DNA of 64,000 nucleotides from the NCBI GenBank assembly GCA_022841985.1, contig JALHQL010000001.1, positions 5,529 to 69,528 on the forward strand, written 5' to 3'. A program made the translations under genes and the position numbers. Positions 10,673 to 19,269 of this stretch are shown piece by piece (positions within the stretch are counted from its first letter, which is position 1; the number at the start of each line of letters is the position of its first letter). The notes beneath the pieces are model-generated. The model was not told where the DNA came from and ran no database searches. It worked only from the letters and a program-made list of their open reading frames with translations. This DNA comes from Minisyncoccota bacterium (GTDB lineage: Bacteria > Patescibacteriota > Minisyncoccia > Phycocordibacterales > Phycocordibacteraceae).

Positions 10673-11581
10673 TTAACGAATTTGTTTCCATGAATCTCCC
10701 CCGTCACTGCTCTTGTAGAGCTTATTCTCATGTGTAAGAGCATAGACTATGTTTGGATTACTTCGATTAAAAACAATGTGGAGTACTGCCCCCACTCCAA
10801 AATCACTACTTACCTTTCCCCACGTCTTACCTGCATCGATGCTTTTCCCAAGACCCCCTAACTTTTCACTAAACGTAAGAAGAATTTTTGCGTCTTGAGG
10901 ATTACTAACGATGACTGATACGGCTCCATCTTCCAATTCCGGCGAAAGAGATGTCCATGTTGCACCTTTATCCTTACTTACCATCACTCCCTGGCCTTGC
11001 GTGGTCGCGGCATAAACCACGTTTTCATCTTGTGTGTCGGCCGCAAGATACACCGGTAGTAAATTACGATTCACTATCTCCCACGTTTTACCCTGATTGA
11101 TGCTTCGCTGAAGATTGCCCTGATACCAGCCATACATAAGATTGGGATTCACCGGACTGACAGACATTGCATGGAAATCAACCGGGCCGTTCAAGCCACT
11201 GGAAACCTTCTGCCATGTAACTCCGCCATCTTCAGACTTTTGAAATCCGATATTACCTCCGATACTTGGATGGCCACTTGAAAAAACAATGTTTGCTTCC
11301 GTGGGATGAGTAGAGAACCCCATGTAATCGTCTTTACTTTTACCAACCCGATATAGATCTTTTTCATTCAAAAGTACCAACAGACCATGATGTGTTGCGA
11401 TATAGAGTTTATTGGGATCTTCTACCGCAACTGCCAAACCATGCCCGTGCGTAATAACTTCTTCAGGGTACAAGTTATTTAATGAAGAATCTTTTGTTGT
11501 ATCACCGCCACGATAAAACATCGTGATTCCACCGACCATAAGTACGACTGCTATAATTCCAATGATTATTTTAATTTTCAT
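10673..11581 (-). CDS. Secreted BNR/Asp-box beta-propeller protein (F510_1955-like), copper-cluster associated
   Basis: HGHGL, ATHHGL, DYMGF, SGHP, VDFHAM and repeated S-x-D-x-G-x-T-W boxes. Confidence 0.8.
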   Translation of the reverse strand: MKIKIIIGIIAVVLMVGGITMFYRGGDTTKDSSLNNLYPEEVITHGHGLAVAVEDPNKLYIATHHGLLVLLNEKDLYRVGKSKDDYMGFSTHPTEANIVFSSGHPSIGGNIGFQKSEDGGVTWQKVSSGLNGPVDFHAMSVSPVNPNLMYGWYQGNLQRSINQGKTWEIVNRNLLPVYLAADTQDENVVYAATTQGQGVMVSKDKGATWTSLSPELEDGAVSVIVSNPQDAKILLTFSEKLGGLGKSIDAGKTWGKVSSDFGVGAVLHIVFNRSNPNIVYALTHENKLYKSSDGGDSWKQIR

Positions 11582-11597
11582 CTATTTATTTTATTGA

Positions 11598-13703
11598 TTA
11601 CAATTCGCGCTTTCGTAAAAGAATTGCGTTACCAGCGACGATGATCGTACTCACCGACATAAACACGGCCGCTACTGCTGGATCAAGAATGATTCCTTTG
11701 AACGCCAGCGCACCAGCGGCAAGCGGCAGGGCTACCACGTTGTAGCCAGTCGCCCAAAACAGGTTCTGGATCATTTTGGTGTAGGTCATCTGTGATAACC
11801 GTACGATCTTCACAATATCCCGAGGGTCATTCCGCATAAGAATAATACCGGCTGACTCAATAGCGACATTTGTACCAGCACCTATTGCGATTCCGAGATC
11901 GGCCTGTGTTAGAGCTGGAGCATCGTTGATACCATCGCCGACCATTGCGACCTTCAGGCCACGATCCTGCAATGCTTTCACCTTTTCTGATTTCTGATGA
12001 GGAAGCACCCGAGCAAAATATTCATCAATGCCGAGCTCGGAGGCGACCCATTTTGCCACATCTTCGGAGTCGCCAGTAATCATTGCGGACTGTATACCCA
12101 TTTCTTTAAGCGACTTGATCGCTTCTCGTGACTCTTCCCGAATGATATCGGCGAGTGCCATCGCTCCGAGGAGTTTTTTATCTTTTATTGTAAAGACAAC
12201 GGTCTGTCCCTTCTTACCGGCATCCTGAACATGATTGGAAATTTCATTTGGAATGCTAAGTCCAAGACTCTCAAGAAGAGTCGGCCCACCAACCATGACT
12301 TCCTGCTCGCCAATCATTGCCTTTACACCACTGCCTTTGATTGCTTCAAACTTCTTAGGATCTTTGAGCGAAAGTCCCTGTTCTTTGGCTTTAGCCACCA
12401 CAGCTCGGGCAATTGGATGCTCCGACAGAGCATCGAGCGAAGCGGCTAATGCTATAACCTCGTCTTTGGTATACCCGCTGGTGCTCCATACTTCTACCAC
12501 CCCAAATTCTCCCTTTGTGAGTGTTCCTGTCTTATCAAACAGCACGGTATCCACTGTCCGAGCGGCTTCAAGGGCAAGACGCTGTTTTACGAGAAAGCCA
12601 TTCTGTGCCGCTTTGGTTGTGGAAATTGCTGCGACCAACGGAACGGCGAGACCGAGCGCATGCGGACAAGCAATCACAAGTACAGCCACGAGCCGAGCTA
12701 CCGCAAAACCGACATCAGCTCCAGCCAAAAGCCAGGCAATGAGTGTAATAAGGCCTCCACCGACTGCAACTACCGTGAGATACAGTGCTGCCCTATCGGA
12801 GAGAATCTGCAGTTTTGACTTGGAAGCCTGTGCTTCGGCGACTAAACGCATAACACCGGCAAGAAAGGTCTTCTCGCCGATTTGTGTGACTCTGATCTTT
12901 AGTGCTCCATCGCCATTAATTGTACCGGCAATAACAGCGTCGCCTTGCTTTTTAGACACTGGGTTAGATTCTCCGGTAATCATAGACTCGTTTACATCGG
13001 AATCGCCCTCAATGACGGAACCGTCGGTCGGAATCTTTGTCCCTGGCTTGACCAATACGATGTCATTTTCCCGAAGCTCGGAAAGAGAAATAGTCGTCGT
13101 TACTCCATTGTGGATTACTTCTGCGGTATCGGGAAGTAGTTTTGACAGTTCCTTAAGTGCTCCTTGCGCTCCGGAAACCGCACGCATTTCGAGCCAATGG
13201 CCGAGAAGCATGATCGTAATAAGTGTCGTGAGTTCCCAAAACAGAGCTTCGACTCCAGCAAAGACCGCATACACACTCCAGAGATAAGCGGCCGAAATAG
13301 CAATCGCGATAAGGGTCATCATCCCTGGTAGTCGTCCCTTGATCTCGCGCCACGATCCAATTAAGAACACCCAGCCTCCGTAGAAAAAGACGACTGATCC
13401 TATGACCAAGGAGAGATAGTCTGACCCGGGGAAAGAGGGAGGAGACCATTTAAAAATAGTTTCTACGACATCCGCGTAGAACACGACCGGAATAGTTAAC
13501 AGAAGGCTTATCCAAAACTTTCTAAAAAATATCTGCGTCGAGTGGCCTGCATGCGTATCGTGCCCCTCGTGTGCCGTTGTCGATTTCTTGTTTCTCGTGG
13601 GTACCAATTGCATACCGCACTCCGAACACATTCCCGGCGTATCCCGCACCACTTCCGGATGCATCGGACAGGTATACCTTGTTTCAGTTTGTTGTTGTGT
13701 CAT
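11598..13703 (-). CDS. copB: Copper-translocating P1B-type ATPase (CPH motif, CopB-like)
   Basis: N-terminal YTCPMHP...CSECGM plus His-rich segment; TGES, CPH, DKTGT, GDGINDAP. Confidence 0.9.
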   Translation of the reverse strand: MTQQQTETRYTCPMHPEVVRDTPGMCSECGMQLVPTRNKKSTTAHEGHDTHAGHSTQIFFRKFWISLLLTIPVVFYADVVETIFKWSPPSFPGSDYLSLVIGSVVFFYGGWVFLIGSWREIKGRLPGMMTLIAIAISAAYLWSVYAVFAGVEALFWELTTLITIMLLGHWLEMRAVSGAQGALKELSKLLPDTAEVIHNGVTTTISLSELRENDIVLVKPGTKIPTDGSVIEGDSDVNESMITGESNPVSKKQGDAVIAGTINGDGALKIRVTQIGEKTFLAGVMRLVAEAQASKSKLQILSDRAALYLTVVAVGGGLITLIAWLLAGADVGFAVARLVAVLVIACPHALGLAVPLVAAISTTKAAQNGFLVKQRLALEAARTVDTVLFDKTGTLTKGEFGVVEVWSTSGYTKDEVIALAASLDALSEHPIARAVVAKAKEQGLSLKDPKKFEAIKGSGVKAMIGEQEVMVGGPTLLESLGLSIPNEISNHVQDAGKKGQTVVFTIKDKKLLGAMALADIIREESREAIKSLKEMGIQSAMITGDSEDVAKWVASELGIDEYFARVLPHQKSEKVKALQDRGLKVAMVGDGINDAPALTQADLGIAIGAGTNVAIESAGIILMRNDPRDIVKIVRLSQMTYTKMIQNLFWATGYNVVALPLAAGALAFKGIILDPAVAAVFMSVSTIIVAGNAILLRKREL

Positions 13704-13707
13704 ATGA

Positions 13708-13980
13708 TTATTTCTTTTTCTGCGCCAGTTTATAGACTTTTAGAATTTCCGCGACCGCTTTTTTGCGCTTCCCTGATTTCATCTGTTCGACGACATGGGT
13801 CGTGAGATGGTTCTCGAGCACCAAGTCTTCCACTCCCGACAATGCCTCCTTAATTGCGCTTGATTGAATAATAATATCCACGCAGTACCGTTCGGTATCG
13901 ACCATTTTTATAAGTCCGTCGACTTGTCCTCTGATGAGACTGAGGCGCCGGAGTGATTTTTTCTTTATATCGGCTTTCAT
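13708..13980 (-). CDS. csoR: CsoR/RcnR-family metal-sensing repressor
   Basis: MKADIKKKSLRRLSLIRGQVDGLIKMV...RYCVDIIIQ...ENHLTTH; start moved to ATG 13980. Confidence 0.9.
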   Translation of the reverse strand: MKADIKKKSLRRLSLIRGQVDGLIKMVDTERYCVDIIIQSSAIKEALSGVEDLVLENHLTTHVVEQMKSGKRKKAVAEILKVYKLAQKKK

Positions 13981-13991
13981 GTTATCCCCAT

Positions 13992-14010
13992 AATACCCCT
14001 CTGGGGTATT
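13992..14010. promoter_or_regulatory. CsoR operator
   Basis: Perfect palindrome AATACCCC-tct-GGGGTATT 11 nt upstream of the csoR ATG; matches the TACC..GGTA G/C-tract architecture of CsoR operators. Confidence 0.85.
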
Positions 14011-14083
14011 TGTGTACAGTCTCGCCTTTATGTACCCTATAGATGGAGGTTGGAGATTACTAAAAACACTAAACGACTTCACT

Positions 14084-14215
14084 ATGATGAACTATGGCTA
14101 TGGGAGCATGATGGGTAGCGCGGGCAGTTTTGGTTTTCTTGTCGGAATCATTATTCTCGTCGACCTTGTCCTCGTGGGCATCTGGCTCTGGCAACAGATT
14201 TCTAAAAATAAATAA
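14084..14215 (+). CDS. Small single-pass membrane protein (43 aa), divergent from csoR
   Basis: MMNYGYGSMMGSAGSFGFLVGIIILVDLVLVGIWLWQQISKNK: Met/Gly-rich N-terminus plus one TM helix. Confidence 0.7.
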   Translation: MMNYGYGSMMGSAGSFGFLVGIIILVDLVLVGIWLWQQISKNK

Positions 14216-14239
14216 CGTTCCGTATTTCGCGGGATGCGT

Positions 14240-16918
14240 TCAAGACAACCTTCTTCGATAGAAGAACTTGCGGATTTCTTCGACCAAGATAATTGATCCG
14301 GCGACGGGAATAATAATCAACCATTCCGAAAGTGAGAGCGGTACCGTGTGCAAAATGTTTTGCATAAACGGATTATAGACTGCAAATAAATGAAGAAGAA
14401 TGACCACCATGGTCACACCAACGAGATACGTATTGGAGAATGGATTCATCTGAAACAAAGACTTGCTCTCGGAACGGCAATTCCACGCATTGAACCACTG
14501 GAAGGCGGCCATGGTCGTAAGAGCGATAGTCCAAGCTTTGGCAAGATCAGTTTCAAAATATTGACTGAAAAGATAGAGTGTTCCAAGTCCCATGACCGGA
14601 GCCAAAAGCAGCATCCGTCGCGCCATAAAGCCGTCGACAATCCATTTCTTCTGTTTATCGAATGTACCTTGCAGCAGACCTTGCTCCTTTGGTTCCATAG
14701 CAAGCGCAGCTGTCAGAAAGCCGCCAGTGACAAAATTAAGCCAAATAATCTGCGATGGCAAAAGTGGTACTGGCCAACGCGCTACGAGCGCGCCCATAAT
14801 ATTAATAACTTCTCCTATGCTGGTAGAGAAAAGAAACGTCAGAACTTTTTTTACCGTCTTATAAATGCTTCTGCCCTCTTCAGCCGCCGAGACGATGCTG
14901 GCAAAATTATCGTCCAGAAGCACGATATCAGACGCCTCCTTTGCCACTTCTGTTCCTATGTTCCCCATAGCAACGCCAAGATCGGCAGCGACAAGAGAAG
15001 GAGCATCATTAACGCCATCTCCGGTCATCGCTATGATCTCACCGCGTTTCCGATAGGCCTGAATGATGCGGAGTTTGTGATCTGGCGTCACGCGCGCAAA
15101 GACAGTCGTGTGGGCGAGCTTCACAGAAAGTTCCTCGTCGTACATCTTGTCTATGTCTTCCCCGGTAAGAATTCCGTCGCCTTCGCGCCAGATATCCGCC
15201 TCTTTTGCTATTGCCTGCGCCGTGAGCCGATGGTCGCCCGTAATCATCACCGCGCGCATGCCTGCCGAGCGCACTCTCTGCATCGCTTCTTTTACTTCGC
15301 CGCGGAGGGCGTCTTGCATGCCGAAAAAACCGACGAACGCGAGCGGCGGTAATGCCCCCTCGATTACTGATTCCTCAGTATTCGGATTAATGGCATACGC
15401 AACGACCCGAAAACCGTTTCGCGCGAATGTGTGAAATACCGTCGTAAGCTCTTTTCTTTTCTCTTCAGTAAGTGTGTCAACTCCTTCTTTGTGCCAGAGT
15501 TTCTGGCAAAGTCTGAGAACTTCTTCAGGGGCACCGACGATGGTAAGAAAATTCTTCCCCTCTACCATACGAATAACGGCATGATATTTTCTCCGATAGT
15601 CGAACAGGGTTTCAAAAAGTTTTGGTGTTTCCTTCTCTAGAACGTCATGACGGAATCCAATCTTTTCAGAGAACACCAGCATCGCCGCTTCAGTGGGATC
15701 TCCCGCGACCTTCCACATGCCAGTTTCTTCAAAAAAAGAGAGTCGTGCATTAGCACCAAACGCCGCGATCCTTCCGCTTAATAGCAGTTCGGAATGGTTT
15801 AAAGGATCGATAACCACGCCGTCAAGAACCGCTTCGCCCTTCGGATCGTAACCATTTCCGGTAATCTGAAAATGTTTTCCATCTGCATAGATGCCCCGAA
15901 CCAGCATTTCATTCTTTGTCAGAGTGCCAGTCTTGTCTACCGCGATGACTTTGGTCTGTCCCAACGCTTCTACCGCTTGCATCCGCTTTACCAATACATT
16001 GTGCTTTGACATTCTCCATACGCCAGTTGCGAGCACAAGAGTCATGACGATCGGAAGTCCCTCAGGGATAATGGAAACTGAGAGCGCCACAGCTGTGGTA
16101 AACATTTCTTTAAGAGATTTTCCGGAAGAAACACCGAGCGCAATCAATGCAACATTGATGAGAGCCACTGCGATAATGATGAGGCGCGAAAGATACCGAA
16201 TATTCATTTTTAAAGGAATCTCGGTGTCAATCGTCGAAATCTCCTGTGCTATCTTCCCGATCTCTGTCGCAAAGCCAGTCGCTATGACGACCGCAATGCC
16301 ATTTCCACTTAACACATTGGTACCTTTGAATAGTATATTTTTCTGTTCCGTAATCGGCAGAGTATCAACTGGCACGACTGCTTCGGTTTTAGTGACAGGT
16401 ACCGATTCCCCGGTAAGACTAGCTTCATCTATTTTAAGAGTATTGGCGGAGATAATCCGCGCATCAGCCGGCACTTTTTCTCCTTCTTGAAGGAGAATAA
16501 TATCCCCCGTCACTATCTCGGTATCAGGAATGATGCGCTCCTTTCCATCTCGCACTACCGTGGCCGAAGTTTCAGAAAATTTCTTTAAGGCGAGAAGCGC
16601 ATTTTGTGCTTTGCCTTCCTGAAAAGTCCCGACAACGGCATTAAAAAATAGGACAACGAAAATGATTGCCGCATCAACTGCTTCTCCCATCCAGAAAACA
16701 ATTGCCGAAGCAGCAAGAAGAATATAGATAAGAGGACTTTGGAATTGCCGTAAAAAAATAAGGAAGAGCCCGTCTACCTTTCCTTCGGGAAGTTTGTTGA
16801 CCCCGTATTTTTGAAAACGCTCGTTCGCCTCCTCTTGTGTCAATCCGCGCTCGTTCGAATGCAGCGTCTCAAGAACATCGAGGATTGTTTTCGTATGCCA
16901 GGGAAATGGTTCCATCAC
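14240..16918 (-). CDS. Cation-transporting P2A-type ATPase (Ca2+, PacL/YloB-like)
   Basis: LTGES, IPEGLP, DKTGTLT, GDPTE, MTGDGVNDAP; 892 aa. Confidence 0.92.
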   Translation of the reverse strand: MMEPFPWHTKTILDVLETLHSNERGLTQEEANERFQKYGVNKLPEGKVDGLFLIFLRQFQSPLIYILLAASAIVFWMGEAVDAAIIFVVLFFNAVVGTFQEGKAQNALLALKKFSETSATVVRDGKERIIPDTEIVTGDIILLQEGEKVPADARIISANTLKIDEASLTGESVPVTKTEAVVPVDTLPITEQKNILFKGTNVLSGNGIAVVIATGFATEIGKIAQEISTIDTEIPLKMNIRYLSRLIIIAVALINVALIALGVSSGKSLKEMFTTAVALSVSIIPEGLPIVMTLVLATGVWRMSKHNVLVKRMQAVEALGQTKVIAVDKTGTLTKNEMLVRGIYADGKHFQITGNGYDPKGEAVLDGVVIDPLNHSELLLSGRIAAFGANARLSFFEETGMWKVAGDPTEAAMLVFSEKIGFRHDVLEKETPKLFETLFDYRRKYHAVIRMVEGKNFLTIVGAPEEVLRLCQKLWHKEGVDTLTEEKRKELTTVFHTFARNGFRVVAYAINPNTEESVIEGALPPLAFVGFFGMQDALRGEVKEAMQRVRSAGMRAVMITGDHRLTAQAIAKEADIWREGDGILTGEDIDKMYDEELSVKLAHTTVFARVTPDHKLRIIQAYRKRGEIIAMTGDGVNDAPSLVAADLGVAMGNIGTEVAKEASDIVLLDDNFASIVSAAEEGRSIYKTVKKVLTFLFSTSIGEVINIMGALVARWPVPLLPSQIIWLNFVTGGFLTAALAMEPKEQGLLQGTFDKQKKWIVDGFMARRMLLLAPVMGLGTLYLFSQYFETDLAKAWTIALTTMAAFQWFNAWNCRSESKSLFQMNPFSNTYLVGVTMVVILLHLFAVYNPFMQNILHTVPLSLSEWLIIIPVAGSIILVEEIRKFFYRRRLS

Positions 16919-17004
16919 AAGTACCAGTATATCCTTTGCGCAAGCCTTTTCCGATTAGATCCGCTTTGCTGAGCTTTGTGACAAATCACCTCTGCTATGG
17001 AGTC

Positions 17005-17385
17005 CTATCCCTCTACTTCCACGCTAAAACCCCCTTTGGCCATGCGCTTCATATCAAATGGCATAGAAAAATCCTTTGCATCTTTGTATTTTTCGCTCAT
17101 CTCATCCATCACTTTTTTATTGACTTCGTCGCGATGTTGCTTGGATTCATACACAATAAAAGAAAACCACACGGTCTCGTCCGCATTTGTTTTTGTAAGC
17201 TCAGTAAACGCAAGCGATTTCATGCCATCCATTTCTTCAGACTCAAGATCGTCACCCTTGCATTCGTAATACTCAAGAGCACCGTGTTTCATCCACGCAT
17301 CGCGGCCTTCGATGGCCATTTTTGTATATTCCTGCACTTTGTCTTTCGGAACTACGAATACAAACCCGTCTATATATTTTGCCAT
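17005..17385 (-). CDS. DUF1428 (YbaA-like) protein
   Basis: YIDGFV..VP, GALEYYEC.GDD, MPFDMKRM..GGF. Confidence 0.9.
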   Translation of the reverse strand: MAKYIDGFVFVVPKDKVQEYTKMAIEGRDAWMKHGALEYYECKGDDLESEEMDGMKSLAFTELTKTNADETVWFSFIVYESKQHRDEVNKKVMDEMSEKYKDAKDFSMPFDMKRMAKGGFSVEVEG

Positions 17386-17462
17386 AGTATTTTTTATTAA
17401 TAAATTAAGTATACTTTATCAAATTTCCTAGAAAACGGGAGCTCGGTTCAAAATTGCCAATC

Positions 17463-17517
17463 TGGCGATGAAGGGGAGATTCGAACTTTCGAGACCCTTT
17501 CGAGCCTACCACCTTTC
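17463..17517 (-). pseudogene. Decayed 3' half of a tRNA-Ser (anticodon loop to CCA)
   Basis: Minus strand GAAAGGTGG-TAGGCTCGAAAGGGTCTC-GAAAGTTCGAATCTCCC-CTTCATC-GCCA: long variable arm, TTCGAAT loop, mispaired T-stem, G73+CCA. Confidence 0.7.
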
Positions 17518-17529
17518 TCCCACGCAAAG

Positions 17530-17616
17530 CGGAGGCGGAGAGATTCGAACTCTCGAGGCGGTTTCCCACCTGCCGCCTTTCCAAGGCGGTGCACTCGACC
17601 ACTATGCGACGCCTCC
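17530..17616 (-). tRNA. tRNA-Ser(GGA)
   Basis: Acceptor GGAGGCG/CGCCTCC, G73, anticodon arm CCGCC-TTGGAAA-GGCGG, long variable arm, GAGAG-TTCGAAT-CTCTC; CCA not encoded. Confidence 0.95.
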
Positions 17617-17692
17617 GCTTTGCGTGGGATTGCGACTTACAACAAACATCTCGCGAAACTCGCTGTTTGGCAAGTCGGAAACAATGCAATTC

Positions 17693-17716
17693 TTTAGACC
17701 GCTCTGCCATCTCTCC
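17693..17716 (-). pseudogene. 5' fragment of a tRNA-Ser-like gene (acceptor strand plus D-arm start)
   Basis: GGAGAGATGGCAGAGCGGTCTAAA just downstream of an extended -10 TGTTATAAC. Confidence 0.6.
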
Positions 17717-17744
17717 ATCTATTCTGTTATAACAGAAAAATTTT

Positions 17745-18641
17745 CTATTTTCCAAGCAATGCTTCGATTCTACTTTGAATTGGCGGATGCGTAGAAAACA
17801 TTCGCCCAATCCATCCACTTATCCTGTCTGATTTCGCTCCAAATGGATCTCCAATGAAAAGGTGTGCAGTCGCTGTATTGGCGCTTTTCATTGGTGATGC
17901 ATAACTGCCAATCTTTTCGAGCGCAGAAGCGAGACCTTCGGGATATCGTGTGAGCAAAGCACCTGAAGCATCTGCAAGATATTCGCGTCGTCGCGAGACA
18001 GCTAGCTGGATAAGTTTTGCCGCAACGGGCGCGAGCACAATACCGACAACCCCGAGCACCATAAAAATGGGACTGTTCCCTCCACGATTATTGTCTCGCC
18101 CTCCGCCAAATATCGACATGCGCAAGAAGATGTCCGCAACGATAGCGACAAAACCTGCGAGCACCACTGCAACTGTCATCAGAAGCATATCGCGATTCTT
18201 GATATGCGAAAGTTCGTGACCAATGACGCCCTCAAGTTCGGGTCGCGAGAGCAGGGTGAGCAATCCAGTCGTTACACACACAACCGCATGGTTCTCGTCG
18301 CGACCAGTCGCAAATGCATTTGGAGCAGGATCGTCAATCACGTAGAGCTTCGGCTTTGGGAGTCCTGCCGCAATAGCAAGATTCTCGGTAACGGTATAGA
18401 GATCAAAAAACTCCTCTCGCGAAGCTTCCCGTGCATGACTCATTGAGAGAACGAGCTTATCCGAAGCCCAGTAGGCATAAAAATTCGTTCCAAGAGCTAT
18501 TGCAACTGCGATATAGAGTATTGATGGATTTCCGTAATACCCAGAGACAACATATCCAATGGCAATAACAACAACCAAAAAGCCGAGCACGAGTGCCCAC
18601 GTCCGACGGATATTGCTAGATCGCTGTGCGTACAAGTTCAT
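17745..18641 (-). CDS. htpX: Zinc metalloprotease HtpX (M48)
   Basis: PNAFATG, HELSH, SRRREYLAD, STHPP. Confidence 0.93.
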   Translation of the reverse strand: MNLYAQRSSNIRRTWALVLGFLVVVIAIGYVVSGYYGNPSILYIAVAIALGTNFYAYWASDKLVLSMSHAREASREEFFDLYTVTENLAIAAGLPKPKLYVIDDPAPNAFATGRDENHAVVCVTTGLLTLLSRPELEGVIGHELSHIKNRDMLLMTVAVVLAGFVAIVADIFLRMSIFGGGRDNNRGGNSPIFMVLGVVGIVLAPVAAKLIQLAVSRRREYLADASGALLTRYPEGLASALEKIGSYASPMKSANTATAHLFIGDPFGAKSDRISGWIGRMFSTHPPIQSRIEALLGK

Positions 18642-18683
18642 AACTAAATGATAGTCACAAATTTCACCCGTGACTACAGTCCA

Positions 18684-19244
18684 CTAGAATTGCACTTTCA
18701 CCGGTTCTTTCGCCGCCTGTTCGTTTGCGCCGAGTTCAAAGAGGTCCATCGGTTTAAAATCAAAATATGAAGCGATGAGGTTCCCAGGGAATGATTCCTC
18801 CGCGGTGTTGAGCGTCATCACCGTTGTATTGTAGAAGCGGCGAGATGCCTGGATTTTGTCTTCGGTATCTCCGAGTTCTTTCTGGAGCTGAAGGAAGTTC
18901 TGATTTGCTTTGAGGTCCGGATAAGCTTCAGAGACGGCAAAGAGCGATTTCAGAGCACCCGAAAGCATGTTTTCTGAGGCTGAGTGCTCTGCCGGTGTGC
19001 CTGCTTGCATAGCTTGTGTGCGAGCCTTGGTCACATTTTCAAAAACACTACTCTCGTGTTTTGCGTACCCCTTTACCGTTTCCATAAGATTCGGGATGAG
19101 GTCATAACGGCGCTTGAGTTGCACGTCGATATCGGCCCATGCTTCCTTCGCCTGATTAACGAGCGAAACAAGACGATTGTACGCAAAAATAGCCCAGAAC
19201 ACGACAACGGCAATGACGATTAGAACGATTGTTGTGATAGTCAT
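18684..19244 (-). CDS. lemA: LemA family protein
   Basis: QLKRRYDLIPNL, EAYPDLKAN, RRFYN; adjacent to htpX. Confidence 0.95.
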   Translation of the reverse strand: MTITTIVLIVIAVVVFWAIFAYNRLVSLVNQAKEAWADIDVQLKRRYDLIPNLMETVKGYAKHESSVFENVTKARTQAMQAGTPAEHSASENMLSGALKSLFAVSEAYPDLKANQNFLQLQKELGDTEDKIQASRRFYNTTVMTLNTAEESFPGNLIASYFDFKPMDLFELGANEQAAKEPVKVQF

Positions 19245-19269
19245 ACAGTTATTGTAACAAAACTAGTGG

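Noticed and set aside
12235-13287. 350-aa plus-strand ORF
   Set aside because: Antisense shadow of copB; Ser/Thr-rich with no motifs.
14390-15352. 320-aa plus-strand ORF
   Set aside because: Antisense shadow of the P2A ATPase.
17463-17716. Group I/II intron or canonical attL/attR interpretation of the split tRNA-Ser
   Set aside because: The insert is too short, lacks ribozyme core motifs and is mostly a complete tRNA; the outer fragments are not identical to the inner gene and no integrase is present.
17405-17818. ORFs of 137 aa (-) and 108 aa (+)
   Set aside because: They overlap tRNA-Ser and its fragments; spurious translations.
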